Source: a virus (Duplodnaviria > Caudoviricetes). From it: a stretch of 36,682 nt of DNA. The notes below the pieces were generated by a model. The model saw nothing but the letters and a program-made list of their open reading frames with translations, was not told the origin of the DNA and ran no database searches. The stretch is from positions 1 to 36,682 of the IMG/VR virus record IMGVR_UViG_3300044698_000357. One strand, given 5' to 3'. Position 1 is the first letter of the stretch; each line of letters starts with the position of its first letter. Below, piece after piece: positions 36,598-36,682 of this stretch. Position numbers and translations under genes: made by a program.

Positions 36598-36682
36598 GGA
36601 GACTGTTACTTACCTTCATAGCGTTTTTTATAATGGCCTGCTCTGCTTGGGGGGCTACCTATAATTGGTACTTCTCCGCCTC
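36594..36682 (+). CDS. 5' part of a predicted secreted protein (truncated by the window)
   Basis: ATGA overlap; MRRLLLTFIAFFIMACSAWG-ATYNWYFSA signal peptide. Confidence 0.55.
   Translation, partial: MRRLLLTFIAFFIMACSAWGATYNWYFSA

Larger units (their letters stand above)
1..36682 (+). mobile_element. Mu-like transposable prophage/phage (contractile tail), internal portion
   Basis: Co-oriented DDE transposase + AAA ATPase, GemA-like, Mor-like, lysis, terminase, portal, capsid, sheath, tube, TMP and Mu gpN/gp44-48-like baseplate genes in Mu order; many overlapping start/stop junctions. Confidence 0.95.

Noticed and set aside
1-36682. Prophage ends (TG...CA with transposase-binding repeats), repressor, tRNA/rRNA genes
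   Set aside because: None recognisable; both window edges appear to fall inside phage genes.

Overview
The whole window is the interior of a GC-rich, Mu-like transposable myovirus-type (pro)phage, with all genes on the + strand. The order is: early/transposition module (HTH regulator, DDE transposase, MuB-like AAA ATPase), semi-essential small ORFs (DUF3164-like, GemA-like, Com-like zinc finger), Mor/C activator, lysis cassette, terminases, portal, head genes (F-like protein, protease/scaffold-major capsid fusion), contractile tail and baseplate, and the start of the fibre region. Neither prophage end is in the window. The standout feature is a lower-GC diversity-generating retroelement (DGR) inserted in the HEAD module between the portal and the head-morphogenesis gene. 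It comprises a target gene (16246-17991) with a C-terminal VR (17864-17974), a GATA-loop hairpin, avd, a TR (18437-18547; 13 of 14 VR/TR mismatches fall at TR adenines) and an RT. The RT looks broken by an internal deletion (no YxDD), and the next gene is split at an A7 slippery run. The DGR target and several other genes in structural positions start with Sec- or lipoprotein-type signal peptides, which is unexpected for virion proteins. Protein family calls come from motifs recognised by eye and from synteny; no database searches were run.
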